A DNA stretch of 64,000 bases from Gemmatimonadaceae bacterium (GTDB lineage: Bacteria > Gemmatimonadota > Gemmatimonadetes > Gemmatimonadales > Gemmatimonadaceae). Under the pieces are notes generated by a model that ran no database searches, was not told where the DNA came from, and saw only the letters and a list, made by a program, of their open reading frames with translations. The first letter of the stretch is position 1. Each line of letters opens with the position of its first letter. Of the stretch, positions 50,449-59,461 are shown in pieces. The position numbers and the translations under genes are program-made. The stretch spans positions 143,770-207,769 of the forward strand of contig JBBDYC010000019.1 in the NCBI GenBank assembly GCA_040901985.1, given 5' to 3'.

Positions 50449-51695
50449 GCGGTCGGCTCTCGCGGCGTGAGATGATCGCCGGCGCGGCGGCCGTCGTCGG
50501 CGCCGCCGCCGTGGCGAAGCTCCCCGGCGACCTCGCCGCGCAGGGCGCGACGGCGGCCACCGAATCGCCCGCTGTCCCGGCCGACCCGACCAAGCTGCAG
50601 GGCCACCCGACGAGCGCGCTCGGCGCCCGCTCGCCCTTTGTGCGCCCGTCGCGGACACCGACCGGCGAGACGGTCGGCCATTCGCTCACGCCACTGCAGG
50701 ATCTCACCGGATCAATCACCCCGGCCGACCTGCACTTCGAGCGGCATCACGCTGGCATTCCGGTCATTGATCCGGCGCGCCACCGCCTGATGATCCACGG
50801 CCTCGTCGAGCGACCGCTCACGCTGACCGTCGACGAGCTCCGGCGCTTCCCGCAGGTGACCCGGACGCACTTCATCGAGTGCGCGGGGAACGGCCGGGTC
50901 GCGTTCCGGGACCCCAAGCCCGAGATGACGCCGCAGCGCGTGGCGGGGATGGTCTCGACGTCGGAGTGGACGGGCGTGCGGCTCGCAACGCTTTTCCGCG
51001 AGGTCGGCGTCCGGCCGGAGGGGAAGTGGTTCCTCGCCGAGGGGGGCGACGCCTGCCTGATGACGCGCTCGGTGCCGATGGAGAAGGCGTGGGATGATGC
51101 GCTGATTGTCTGGGCGCAGAACGGCGAACCATTGCGACCGGCGCAGGGGTATCCGGTGCGCCTGCTCCTGCCGGGATGGGAAGGGAACATCAACGTGAAG
51201 TGGCTCCGCCGGCTCGAAGTCGGCGCGGCGCCCTGGATGACGCGGTGGGAGACATCCAAGTACACCGACCCGCTGCCGGGTGGAAAGGCGCGGCAGTTCA
51301 GCTTCGTGCTGGACGCGAAGTCCATCATCACCTCGCCGGCGACGCCGGGTGTGGTGCGCGCGCGGGGCTGGCATCCGGTGCAGGGCCTGGCCTGGAGCGG
51401 CCGCGGACGGATCACGCGGGTGGAGGTGAGCACCGACGGCGGCCGGCGCTGGCGCGACGCCGAGTTGCTGCACGAGCCGCTGCCGAAGGCGACCGTGCGC
51501 TTCCAGCAGATGTGGGAATGGACGGGCGGCGACGCCGTACTCCTCTCGCGGGCAACCGACGAGACCGGCTACACGCAACCGACCCGCGCCGCGCTGCTGG
51601 CGGCGCGCGGACCGGGAACCGATTTCCATTTCAATCCGATCGTCGGGTGGCGGGTGGCGCGCGACGGCGCGATTGCCTTCCACGGGGAAACCTGA
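50445..51695 (+). CDS. soxC: SoxC-type molybdopterin sulfite/sulfane dehydrogenase
   Basis: Tat motif SRREMI; TPLQDL.GSITP..LHFERHHAG; ECAGNG; QNGEPLRP.QGYP.RL..PGWEG...KWL. Confidence 0.88.
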   Translation: MSGRLSRREMIAGAAAVVGAAAVAKLPGDLAAQGATAATESPAVPADPTKLQGHPTSALGARSPFVRPSRTPTGETVGHSLTPLQDLTGSITPADLHFERHHAGIPVIDPARHRLMIHGLVERPLTLTVDELRRFPQVTRTHFIECAGNGRVAFRDPKPEMTPQRVAGMVSTSEWTGVRLATLFREVGVRPEGKWFLAEGGDACLMTRSVPMEKAWDDALIVWAQNGEPLRPAQGYPVRLLLPGWEGNINVKWLRRLEVGAAPWMTRWETSKYTDPLPGGKARQFSFVLDAKSIITSPATPGVVRARGWHPVQGLAWSGRGRITRVEVSTDGGRRWRDAELLHEPLPKATVRFQQMWEWTGGDAVLLSRATDETGYTQPTRAALLAARGPGTDFHFNPIVGWRVARDGAIAFHGET

Positions 51696-52324
51696 TGCGC
51701 GCGTTCCTGGCTGGTGTCGGCGCGCTCTCCGTGATTGCCTGCGGGGCACCGGAGGGTGCCAATCCGCCCGGCGACCGCGTCGTGCGCGCCGCGTCTGCCG
51801 CGTCGGCCGAGCCGCAGGCGCCGGCCGGCGGATATGCGCTCGGTCGCGCGCCCGCCGCCAACGAGGTCAGGGCGTGGAGCACCGCCATCGGCCCGGACGG
51901 CGCGACGCTTCCCCCCGGTCGCGGCACGGTGGCCGAGGGCGCGGCGCTCTACGTCGCGCAGTGTGCCGCGTGCCACGGCCGGAACGGCGAGGGAATCCAT
52001 CCGGTGTATCCCGCGCTGATCGGACGCGACGCGGCCACGGATGCGTTCCGGTTTGCCGAGGACCCGAAGCTCGTCAAGACCATCGGCAACTATTGGCCGC
52101 ACGCGACCACGCTCTTTGACTACATCAGGCGGGCGATGCCGCTGCTCACGCCCGGCTCGCTCACCGACGACCAGTCCTACGCGCTCACCGCGTACCTGCT
52201 GGCCGCCAACCAAGTCATCCCCGATACCATCACGCTCGATGCCGCCGCGCTCCGTGCCGTGCGGATGCCGGCGCGCGATCGCTTCGTTCCCGACGACCGG
52301 CCCAACGGGCCGGGCGTCCGCTGA
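51695..52324 (+). CDS. soxD: SoxD-type monoheme cytochrome c (lipoprotein)
   Basis: Lipobox VIAC; LPPGRGTVAEG, CAACHG, TIGNYWP.ATTLFDYIRRAMP. Confidence 0.82.
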   Translation: MRAFLAGVGALSVIACGAPEGANPPGDRVVRAASAASAEPQAPAGGYALGRAPAANEVRAWSTAIGPDGATLPPGRGTVAEGAALYVAQCAACHGRNGEGIHPVYPALIGRDAATDAFRFAEDPKLVKTIGNYWPHATTLFDYIRRAMPLLTPGSLTDDQSYALTAYLLAANQVIPDTITLDAAALRAVRMPARDRFVPDDRPNGPGVR

Positions 52325-52353
52325 TCTCCCCGCTCCCCGAGGTGACACCGACC

Positions 52354-52902
52354 ATGGCCACCACTGCCGCCCCATCCACGCCGATCGCCGCCGTGCGGCG
52401 ATCCCCACTGCCGCCGTGGGCGTCGCTCGGCATCATTTTCGGACTCGTCGGCGCCGCGTCCATCCTCCTCTGGGGGCCGATCGGCGTCTCGGGGACGTAT
52501 CCGCGTTTCATCGGCGCGATCCTCCGCGTCGTTGACCCCGCCTACGCGGCCGCCAATCCGTACCTCGTGCGGATGGGGTCGCTGATGCGCCCCGAAACCT
52601 TCCTCCTCGTCGGGCTGCTGATCGGCGGGATTATTGGCGCGCGGCTCGACAAGGCCAAGGCGCCCAAGGTCGAGATGCTCTACGCGGGCGAGCATTCGGA
52701 GAAGGCGCGCTACCGCAACGCATTCATCGGCGGGATCCTGATCGTCTTCGGCGCGCGCGTCGCCGGCGGCTGCACGAGCGGCCTGATCATCTCCGGGATG
52801 ACGCAGCTGTCCATCGCCGGATTCATCTTCGCGGCGGGAACCTTCGCGGCCGGCATCGGCACGGCGAAGGTGCTCCAGGCCGTCCACGCCCGGGGGAACT
52901 GA
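52354..52902 (+). CDS. YeeE/YedE family sulfur-compound transporter (half)
   Basis: PIGVSG, FGARVAGGCTSG. Confidence 0.85.
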   Translation: MATTAAPSTPIAAVRRSPLPPWASLGIIFGLVGAASILLWGPIGVSGTYPRFIGAILRVVDPAYAAANPYLVRMGSLMRPETFLLVGLLIGGIIGARLDKAKAPKVEMLYAGEHSEKARYRNAFIGGILIVFGARVAGGCTSGLIISGMTQLSIAGFIFAAGTFAAGIGTAKVLQAVHARGN

Positions 52903-52904
52903 CC

Positions 52905-53441
52905 ATGGCCTCCTTCTTTGCGCTCCTGACCGGCATCGCAATGGGTTTCCTGATCCAGCGCGTCCGTGCCTCGAGCCCGGCGATGATCGCCCGCAACCTG
53001 CGGCTCGAGAATCTCTCGGTCATCAAGTTCATGGCGATGACGATCGCGGTCGGGTCAATGGTCGTCTACGCGCTCGCGCTCTTCGTGCCGGAGCAGTTGC
53101 ACCTCGACATCAAGCCGACGTACGTGGTCGGCGTACTGCTCGGCGGCCTGATCTTCGGCGTCGGGTTCGGGCTGAGCGGCTACTGCCCGGGCACGTGCGT
53201 CGTCGGAATCGGCGAAGGCCGGCGCGACGCGATCGCCGCAATCGGCGGCGGCGTCGTCGGTGCGCTCCTCTTCACGCTCGTCTACACCAAGCTCATCGCA
53301 CCGATCGTCGCGGTGATGGACCTCGGGCGCATCACGCTGGCCGACGTGACGAAGGCGCCGGCGTTCGCGGTGGCGCTGGTGATGGGCGTGGGCTTCATCG
53401 CGCTCATCTCGTGGCTGCCGACCGAGGTGAAGAAGGCGTGA
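52905..53441 (+). CDS. YeeE/YedE family sulfur-compound transporter (half)
   Basis: GGLIFGVGFGLSGYCPGT. Confidence 0.85.
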   Translation: MASFFALLTGIAMGFLIQRVRASSPAMIARNLRLENLSVIKFMAMTIAVGSMVVYALALFVPEQLHLDIKPTYVVGVLLGGLIFGVGFGLSGYCPGTCVVGIGEGRRDAIAAIGGGVVGALLFTLVYTKLIAPIVAVMDLGRITLADVTKAPAFAVALVMGVGFIALISWLPTEVKKA

Positions 53442-53800
53442 GGTCGCGTGCCCGGTCCACGGCGCGTCGGCGGGCGACGCCGGAGCTGCTGGCGCTGGTG
53501 GCCGGCCGCTTCCGCGCGCTCGCCGAGCCGGCGCGGCTCGCGATCCTCCACGCATTGGAGGATCGCGAGCTCACCGTGACCGACCTCGTCGCGGCGACGG
53601 GACAAGCACAGGGCAATCTCTCCAAGCACCTGCAGCAGCTGTACGCGGCCGGCTTTGTCACGCGGCGGCGCGAGGGGCTGTTCGTCAATTACGCGCTCGC
53701 CGACGACGACGTGCTCGCGCTCTGCGAGTTGATGTGCGGGCGGCTCGAGGAGGAACACGCGGGCGCGCAGGCGCTCTTCCGGGCGGCCGGGCGGGGGTAG
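53438..53800 (+). CDS. ArsR/SmtB family transcriptional regulator
   Basis: FRALAEPARLAIL..SKHLQQL..AGFVTRRREG..YAL; C-terminal LCELMC. Confidence 0.9.
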   Translation: MRSRARSTARRRATPELLALVAGRFRALAEPARLAILHALEDRELTVTDLVAATGQAQGNLSKHLQQLYAAGFVTRRREGLFVNYALADDDVLALCELMCGRLEEEHAGAQALFRAAGRG

Positions 53801-53816
53801 GGCAGCGTGAATTGAG

Positions 53817-53899
53817 CGGAGGGCACAGGATTCGAACCTGTAAGTCCTTGCGGACGGCGGTTTTCAAGACCGCTGCATTAGCCATTCTGCCAGCCCTCC
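53817..53899 (-). tRNA. tRNA-Ser(UGA)
   Basis: GGAGGGC/GCCCTCC acceptor, GCGGT CTTGAAA ACCGC anticodon arm, variable arm GTCC-GCAA-GGAC, GGTTCGAATCC. Confidence 0.95.
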
Positions 53900-53956
53900 C
53901 GACCGGCGGAACTGCGTGCTGACGAATAATATCAGGTCCATGCCCTCGGAGCGCAT

Positions 53957-54307
53957 CTGACCACTCCTCCGCGCGAGGCCGCGACGGCGCTTGCCGCAAT
54001 TCGCGCCGTCGGCGGCGACGAGCTCGTCCGTGCGATGGCCGGCGCGTTTGCCGCCTTCGCCACGGCGCAAATGGACTGGATTGCCCGCCAGTTGGCGGCC
54101 GGCAAGCTGGACGTCGTCGCGCTGGCGGCGCGTGCGCTGCGGATCAGCGCGCTGCAGGTTGGGGCGCACGCGGTGGCCGGGGCCTGCGAAGGCGTCGAAC
54201 TGGCGGGTGGCGGACGCGACGCGACCGGCGTGCGCGCCGGCGTCGCCGGGCTGCAGCGCGCCCTCGCGGCGGCGCGACCCTGGCTCGAAGGGCTCGCGGC
54301 GGGGTGA
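53957..54307 (+). CDS. Stand-alone Hpt-like protein lacking the His; start uncertain (CTG 53957 or ATG 54035)
   Basis: ALAAIRAVGGDELVRAM..F..AARALRISALQVGA..ACEGVE follows the Hpt pattern. Confidence 0.6.
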   Translation: MTTPPREAATALAAIRAVGGDELVRAMAGAFAAFATAQMDWIARQLAAGKLDVVALAARALRISALQVGAHAVAGACEGVELAGGGRDATGVRAGVAGLQRALAAARPWLEGLAAG

Positions 54308-54310
54308 GCG

Positions 54311-56566
54311 CTAGGGGCGGGTGGGGACGGGCGTCGCCACGCCGCTGTCACCCCGCGGGAACGCTGGCACCGGCGGTGGCCGTGGCCCGAAGATCTCGCC
54401 GAAGTTCGCCGCGATCGCCACCTCGCGCGCCGTATCGAGGATGGCGTCGGAGCTCAGCGTGTCGCCGGTGCGCGCGAGCGCCTCGGCGGTGACGATTCCC
54501 GTGCTGGCAATCAGGTAGGGGATGCCGCGCGACGGATTGTCCACCCAGTCGCCGCGCGCGATCAGCGACGCCGGGGCCTTGAACTCCTCCCAGAGCGCCT
54601 TGGACCGCGCGGCGTCCACGAAGCCCTCGCCGGGGACCCGCACGATGTTGTCCGATTCCTGCACGGGCGAGAGCATCAGCTTGCGCGCGTGGCCCTGCGT
54701 GACCGCATAGGCCCCGAGCCCGAGGTCCTCGACGAGGCTGCCCGAGGTGCGGCTGAAGTGGAGCGCCCGGACGTCGTTGTCGAGGATCATCCGGAGCACG
54801 AGGATGTCGGCGCGCGTGAGGTACCGGGGTTGCAGCGTGGCGCGGAGCTCGCCCTTCACGAAAAGCTGCGCCTGGTGGAGCGGCTGCCCGAGCGGGATCG
54901 AATCGGCCTCGTCCATCGTCAGACTCAGCACTGGCTTGTCCGGCCGCACCCACTCCCGGCCGCGGAACACGGCGGGCCCCCGCTCCGCGTCGTACTCCTC
55001 AATCGGCCGACGGATCAGCTGGCGCGTGTACCACTCGGTGTTGAGGAGGGAGGTGTTGGCGATCGTGACGTCGCGACGCACGCCGAGCACGGACTGCGCG
55101 TACCAGAGCGGGAAGGTGTCGTTGTCGCCGACGGTGACGAGGATGCCGTACGGCTCCACCGAGTTGAGCATGTCAATCGCGAAGTCGGCGGTGTCGGTCT
55201 CGCCGGCGCGCGACGACGCCTGCCAGTTGCCGATCAGCGGGACGAACGCGATCAGGAGGAGCGGCGACGCCATCAGCCAGCCGCGGTCGGTCGGGAGGTC
55301 AAACGTCTCGGCGCCGACCTTCACCCGTTCGCGGCCGAAGACGACGGCGAGCGATTCCCAGACGTAGACGAGTCCGAGCGCGGCCCAGACGCTCCACGCC
55401 GAGAAGCTCCAGAGGTAGAAGTAGTCGCGGTCGCGCACCTCGCGGTCCACGCTCGCGCCGAGTTCCGGCGCCTGCGAGGCGCCGTACTTGAAGTTCAGGT
55501 AGTAGATCAGCCCGAGCGTCAGGGTGAACATCAGCGGGCCGAAGAACGCGAAACTTCGGGGGTCGCGGCGATAATGGACCCACCCGCCGAGGAGGCCGAG
55601 GATGAGGAAGATCGCGGCGAGGCCGGCCTGCAGGCCCGGGCGCTCGAGCTTGTGGTCGCGGTGCCATTGCCACTTGAAGTAGAGCCACCACATCCCGATC
55701 TGCGCCGTGAACGGCGCCATCCGCTCGGTCACGTCCGGCTTGCCGTACTGACCGCGATTGAAATTGTACTTGAAGGCGTCGTACGTGCCCCGTGAGAAGG
55801 TGCACGAGAAGTTGAGGCCGTCGCGGCAGGCTGTCGGTTCGCCTTCGTTGATCTCCGGGAAATGCGCGGCGCGGATCGGCTGGGTGGCGAACGAGCTGCC
55901 GCCGAGGACCAGCGCCAGCGCCGCGCCGAGGATGAGCTTCCAGCGGAGGAGTGTCTGCGGGCGGCGGAGGATGACTGCGATGCCGACCGCCGGGACCGCC
56001 AACAGTCCGGCCATATGGTTGGCGTAGCCGAGGCCGCAGAGATACGCGATCAGGACGAGGGTACGATCGGCCTTGGCGCCGTCCGGCTCGTCGCACCAGC
56101 GGACGGTGAGCCAGGCGCAGATCGCGAGGCCAGCGAGCGACACAGTGTAGACCTTCTCGTTCACCACCGACTGGCTCCAGACCGTGAACGCGGTGGCGCC
56201 GATGAGCACGGCAAGCGAGCCGCCGACCACCCGCTGCCAGCGCCGCTCGAACCAGCCGACGAGGACGCGTTCGGTGATGAGGAACCACATCCCCGCCGAG
56301 ACCGCGCTCGAGATGGCGGCCAGCAGATTCACCCGCATCGCGATGTTCGGCGCGATCGGCAGCAGCGTGAAGACGCGGCCGAGCAGAACGAAGAACGGAT
56401 TCCCCGGCGGATGCGGCAGGCCGAGCGTGTAGGCCGCGGCGATGTACTCGCTGGTGTCCCACATCGCCGTCTCCGGCGCGAGGGTCACGAGGTAGAGCAG
56501 GAACGTCATCCCCGCCGCGATGCCGGCAGCGAGGTAGGACGGTCGATAGTCGAGTTCAGCGGACAT
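54311..56566 (-). CDS. DUF2723 (TMEM260-like GT-C glycosyltransferase) membrane protein
   Basis: TLAP..WDTSEYIAAAY.LGLPHPPGNP; NEKVY; RDRDYFY; GDNDTFPLWY. Confidence 0.82.
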   Translation of the reverse strand: MSAELDYRPSYLAAGIAAGMTFLLYLVTLAPETAMWDTSEYIAAAYTLGLPHPPGNPFFVLLGRVFTLLPIAPNIAMRVNLLAAISSAVSAGMWFLITERVLVGWFERRWQRVVGGSLAVLIGATAFTVWSQSVVNEKVYTVSLAGLAICAWLTVRWCDEPDGAKADRTLVLIAYLCGLGYANHMAGLLAVPAVGIAVILRRPQTLLRWKLILGAALALVLGGSSFATQPIRAAHFPEINEGEPTACRDGLNFSCTFSRGTYDAFKYNFNRGQYGKPDVTERMAPFTAQIGMWWLYFKWQWHRDHKLERPGLQAGLAAIFLILGLLGGWVHYRRDPRSFAFFGPLMFTLTLGLIYYLNFKYGASQAPELGASVDREVRDRDYFYLWSFSAWSVWAALGLVYVWESLAVVFGRERVKVGAETFDLPTDRGWLMASPLLLIAFVPLIGNWQASSRAGETDTADFAIDMLNSVEPYGILVTVGDNDTFPLWYAQSVLGVRRDVTIANTSLLNTEWYTRQLIRRPIEEYDAERGPAVFRGREWVRPDKPVLSLTMDEADSIPLGQPLHQAQLFVKGELRATLQPRYLTRADILVLRMILDNDVRALHFSRTSGSLVEDLGLGAYAVTQGHARKLMLSPVQESDNIVRVPGEGFVDAARSKALWEEFKAPASLIARGDWVDNPSRGIPYLIASTGIVTAEALARTGDTLSSDAILDTAREVAIAANFGEIFGPRPPPVPAFPRGDSGVATPVPTRP

Positions 56567-56684
56567 CACGTGGACGGTTCGGGGAGCCGGAAAGCTATGC
56601 CGCAGGAGCGTGAGCCGGGAGGTGGAAGGTGGGAGTGCGCAGGCGCGCCCGGCAGTTCCCGGCGCGCCTCTCTCCCCCGCCATA

Positions 56685-58217
56685 CTAGTGCCTGAACGTC
56701 CGCTGCCCGGTGAATACCATCGCAATGCCGTGTTCGTCCGCCGCCGCAATGACCTCGTCGTCGCGCACCGATCCGCCGGGCTGGACGATCGCGCGTACCC
56801 CGGCACCAGCGGCTTGGTCCACGCCGTCGCGGAAGGGGAAGAAGGCATCGGAGCCGAGGGCGGCGCCGGCGGTGTCGTGGCCGGCCGACCGGGCCTTGTG
56901 GACGGCCATGAACGCCGCGTCCACGCGGGACATCTGGCCGGCGCCGATGCCGATCGTGGCGCCGTCGCGCGCGAGGACGATCGCGTTCGACTTCACGCTC
57001 GCCGCGGCGCGCCAGGCGAAGACGAGGTCCTTCAACTCATCCGACGTCGGCTGGCGCTTGGTCACGGTGCGCCATCCCGAGTCGCCGAGCGCCGCCGAGG
57101 CGCGCTGCTGCAAGAGGACCCCGCCGCGCACGCCCTTGAGGTCGAGGCTCGCGCCGGTCGCCCGTGCCGAGCCCTCCAGCACCCGCAGGTTCTTCTTCGC
57201 GCCGAGGGCGGCCAGCGCCTCGGGCGAGAACGACGGTGCGACCACGCACTCGACGAAGAGCGAGGCGACGGCCTGCGCGGTGACCTCATCCACTGGAACG
57301 CTGAAGGCGATCACCGACCCGAACGCCGAGACGGGATCGCAGGCCAGCGCCTTCTGGTAGGCCTCGAGTGGGGTTGCGCCCGTGGCGAGCCCGCACGGCG
57401 TGGTGTGCTTGATGATCGCGCAGGCGGTCTCGTCGTCGAACGGATCGATCGCCAGCATCGCGCCCTCGAGGTCGAGCAGGTTGTTGAACGAGAGCTCCTT
57501 GCCGCCGTGCTGGCGGAGCGCGCCGAGGCCGACGCCGGCGCGCTCGACATAGAACGCCGCCTCCTGTCCCGGATTCTCGCCGTAGCGCAGTGCCTGCGCG
57601 CGCTCGAACGCGAGCGTGAGCCGCTCGGGGAAGCGGTCGCCGCGCCGGGCGGCGAACCAGCCGGCAATCGCCGCGTCGTAGGCCGCGGTATGCGCGTAGA
57701 CCTTCTCGGCGAGGTCGCGCCGGAGGTCGGTGGCATCGCCGCCGTTGGCGAACGCCTCGAGGACGCGCGTGTAGTCGGCCGGGTCCACCACCACGGTGAC
57801 CGAGGCGAAGTTCTTCGCCGCCGAGCGGAGCATCGAGGGGCCGCCGATGTCAATCTGCTCGATCACCTCGTGGGCATCGAGGCCCTGCTTCGCGGCGGCT
57901 TCGCGGAAGGGATAGAGGTTGACGCAGACGAGGTCGATCGGGGCGATCCCGTGCTCGGCGATCGCCTCCATATGCGCCGGCAGGTCGCGGCGCGCGAGGA
58001 GGCCCCCGTGGACCGCCGGATGCAACGTCTTCACCCGGCCGTCGAGCATCTCCGGGAACTTGGTGACGTCGGCCACGTCGGTGACTGCCAGCCCCGCCTC
58101 GCGCAGCGCCCTGGCGGTGCCACCGGTCGAGAGGAGCGTCCAGTCCTGCTCGCGCAGTCCGCGGGCGAAGTCCACGAGGCCGGACTTGTCTGACACCGAG
58201 AGAAGGGCAGTGGGCAT
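56685..58217 (-). CDS. purH: Bifunctional AICAR transformylase/IMP cyclohydrolase
   Basis: ALLSVSDK, GRVKTLHP, IDIGGP, LRYGENP, KSNAIV, SDAFFPF, RTFRH. Confidence 0.97.
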   Translation of the reverse strand: MPTALLSVSDKSGLVDFARGLREQDWTLLSTGGTARALREAGLAVTDVADVTKFPEMLDGRVKTLHPAVHGGLLARRDLPAHMEAIAEHGIAPIDLVCVNLYPFREAAAKQGLDAHEVIEQIDIGGPSMLRSAAKNFASVTVVVDPADYTRVLEAFANGGDATDLRRDLAEKVYAHTAAYDAAIAGWFAARRGDRFPERLTLAFERAQALRYGENPGQEAAFYVERAGVGLGALRQHGGKELSFNNLLDLEGAMLAIDPFDDETACAIIKHTTPCGLATGATPLEAYQKALACDPVSAFGSVIAFSVPVDEVTAQAVASLFVECVVAPSFSPEALAALGAKKNLRVLEGSARATGASLDLKGVRGGVLLQQRASAALGDSGWRTVTKRQPTSDELKDLVFAWRAAASVKSNAIVLARDGATIGIGAGQMSRVDAAFMAVHKARSAGHDTAGAALGSDAFFPFRDGVDQAAGAGVRAIVQPGGSVRDDEVIAAADEHGIAMVFTGQRTFRH

Positions 58218-58231
58218 TGGCGATCGCCGAG

Positions 58232-58897
58232 CTAGTGGGGGAAGGGCGTGCGCGAGGGCACACGATCGAAGTCGAGGGTGGACGCGCCGTGCACCTGGCC
58301 GTTCCGGCCGAGTGTCACCGTCCCCGCCGCGACGGCAGCCACGCAGGCCGGGTAGAGCCGATGCTCGGCGCCGAGCACGCGCTCGGCCAATGTCGCCGGC
58401 GTGTCGGCCGCGTGCACGGGGACGCGGGCCTGCGCGATGATCGCGCCCTCGTCGTAGCGCTCGCTGACGAAGTGCACCGTGGCGCCGGAGACGGCGGAGC
58501 CGGCGCGCAGCACCGCCTCGTGCACGCGCGCGCCGTACATCCCCGGGCCGCCGAAGGCCGGCAGCAGCGCCGGATGGATGTTGAGGAGCCGTCCGTGGTA
58601 GGCGCGCACGACGTCGGGCGGGATGAGGCGGAGATACCCCGCGAGGGCCACCAGCGTGATGCGATGCTCGGCGAGGAGCGCGCCCAACCCGGCGGCGTTC
58701 GAGCGCGGCAGCCAGATCGCCGTCACGCCCCAACCGCGTGCGCGCTCGAGGGCCCCGGCCCGCTCGCGGTCGCTCACCACGAGCGCGAGCTCGGCCGGCG
58801 CGGCCGCGCCACGCGCGACGAGGTCGTCGTGGATCGCCTGAAGATTGGTTCCGCTGCCGGAGGCGAGGACGGCGAGGCGCGCGCGCGGTCGGTGCAC
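58232..58897 (-). CDS. purN: Phosphoribosylglycinamide formyltransferase
   Basis: LASGSGTNLQA, LAGYLR, NIHPALLP.FGG, GATVHFV..YDEG.II.Q. Confidence 0.96.
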   Translation of the reverse strand: MHRPRARLAVLASGSGTNLQAIHDDLVARGAAAPAELALVVSDRERAGALERARGWGVTAIWLPRSNAAGLGALLAEHRITLVALAGYLRLIPPDVVRAYHGRLLNIHPALLPAFGGPGMYGARVHEAVLRAGSAVSGATVHFVSERYDEGAIIAQARVPVHAADTPATLAERVLGAEHRLYPACVAAVAAGTVTLGRNGQVHGASTLDFDRVPSRTPFPH

Positions 58898-58906
58898 GTG
58901 GGGAAG

Positions 58907-59461
58907 TTAGCCCGCGTGCTCGCCGGCGACGAGCGCGGCCACGTCGCCGAGGGACGCCAACACCTGCGCCTCGCTGCGCGCCTGCGCAATCTCGGCGTCC
59001 GGCGTGTTGGCGTTGGGCACGAGGAACCTGCGTCCGCCGAGCGCAATCGCCGGCGCGACGTCCCGCCAGCGGTCGCCCACGAACACCGACCGCGCCAGGT
59101 CGAGATCGTGCTCTTCCGCCGCGCGACGGTGCAGCGCGGTCCCCGGCTTTCGACACTCGCAGTCGCCCGAGACGTCCGGGTGGTGCGGGCAGTGATAGGT
59201 GGCGGTGAGCTGAATCTCTTTTTCGGCGAGCAGCACGTCGAGGCGGCGTCGCACCGCCTCATAGTCGGACTCGGTCATCAGGCCACGCGCGATCCCCGAC
59301 TGGTTGGTGACAACCACGAGTTCGAACCCGGCGCCCCGGAAACGGCGGAGCGCCGTCCCCACGCCGGCCAGGAGCTCGACCTTCGCCGGGTCGCTGAGGA
59401 AGTGTGCGTCGCGGACGAGCGTTCCGTCGCGATCGAGGAAGACGGCGGGACGCTTGGTCAT
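58907..59461 (-). CDS. gmhB: HAD-IIIA phosphatase, D,D-heptose-1,7-bisphosphate phosphatase-like
   Basis: FLDRDGTL, VTNQSGIARG, CPHHP..CECRKP, VGDRWRD. Confidence 0.8.
   Translation of the reverse strand: MTKRPAVFLDRDGTLVRDAHFLSDPAKVELLAGVGTALRRFRGAGFELVVVTNQSGIARGLMTESDYEAVRRRLDVLLAEKEIQLTATYHCPHHPDVSGDCECRKPGTALHRRAAEEHDLDLARSVFVGDRWRDVAPAIALGGRRFLVPNANTPDAEIAQARSEAQVLASLGDVAALVAGEHAG

Noticed and set aside
53817..53899. tRNA-Leu(CAA) or tRNA-Sec reading
   Set aside because: The tRNA is on the minus strand and its loop CTTGAAA centres on TGA, with discriminator G and a 7-bp acceptor stem, i.e. Ser(UGA).
48650..53899. Integrase-mobilised island with direct repeats
   Set aside because: The flanking tRNAs are two complete, different Ser isoacceptors rather than attL/attR copies, and there is no recombinase in the window.
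56685..59156. 823-aa extended PurH fusion, and similar N-terminal extensions of prs, ispE, rmlB/C/D, soxD and DUF2723
   Set aside because: The extensions overlap neighbouring genes in other frames and are low-complexity; internal starts fit the family N-termini.
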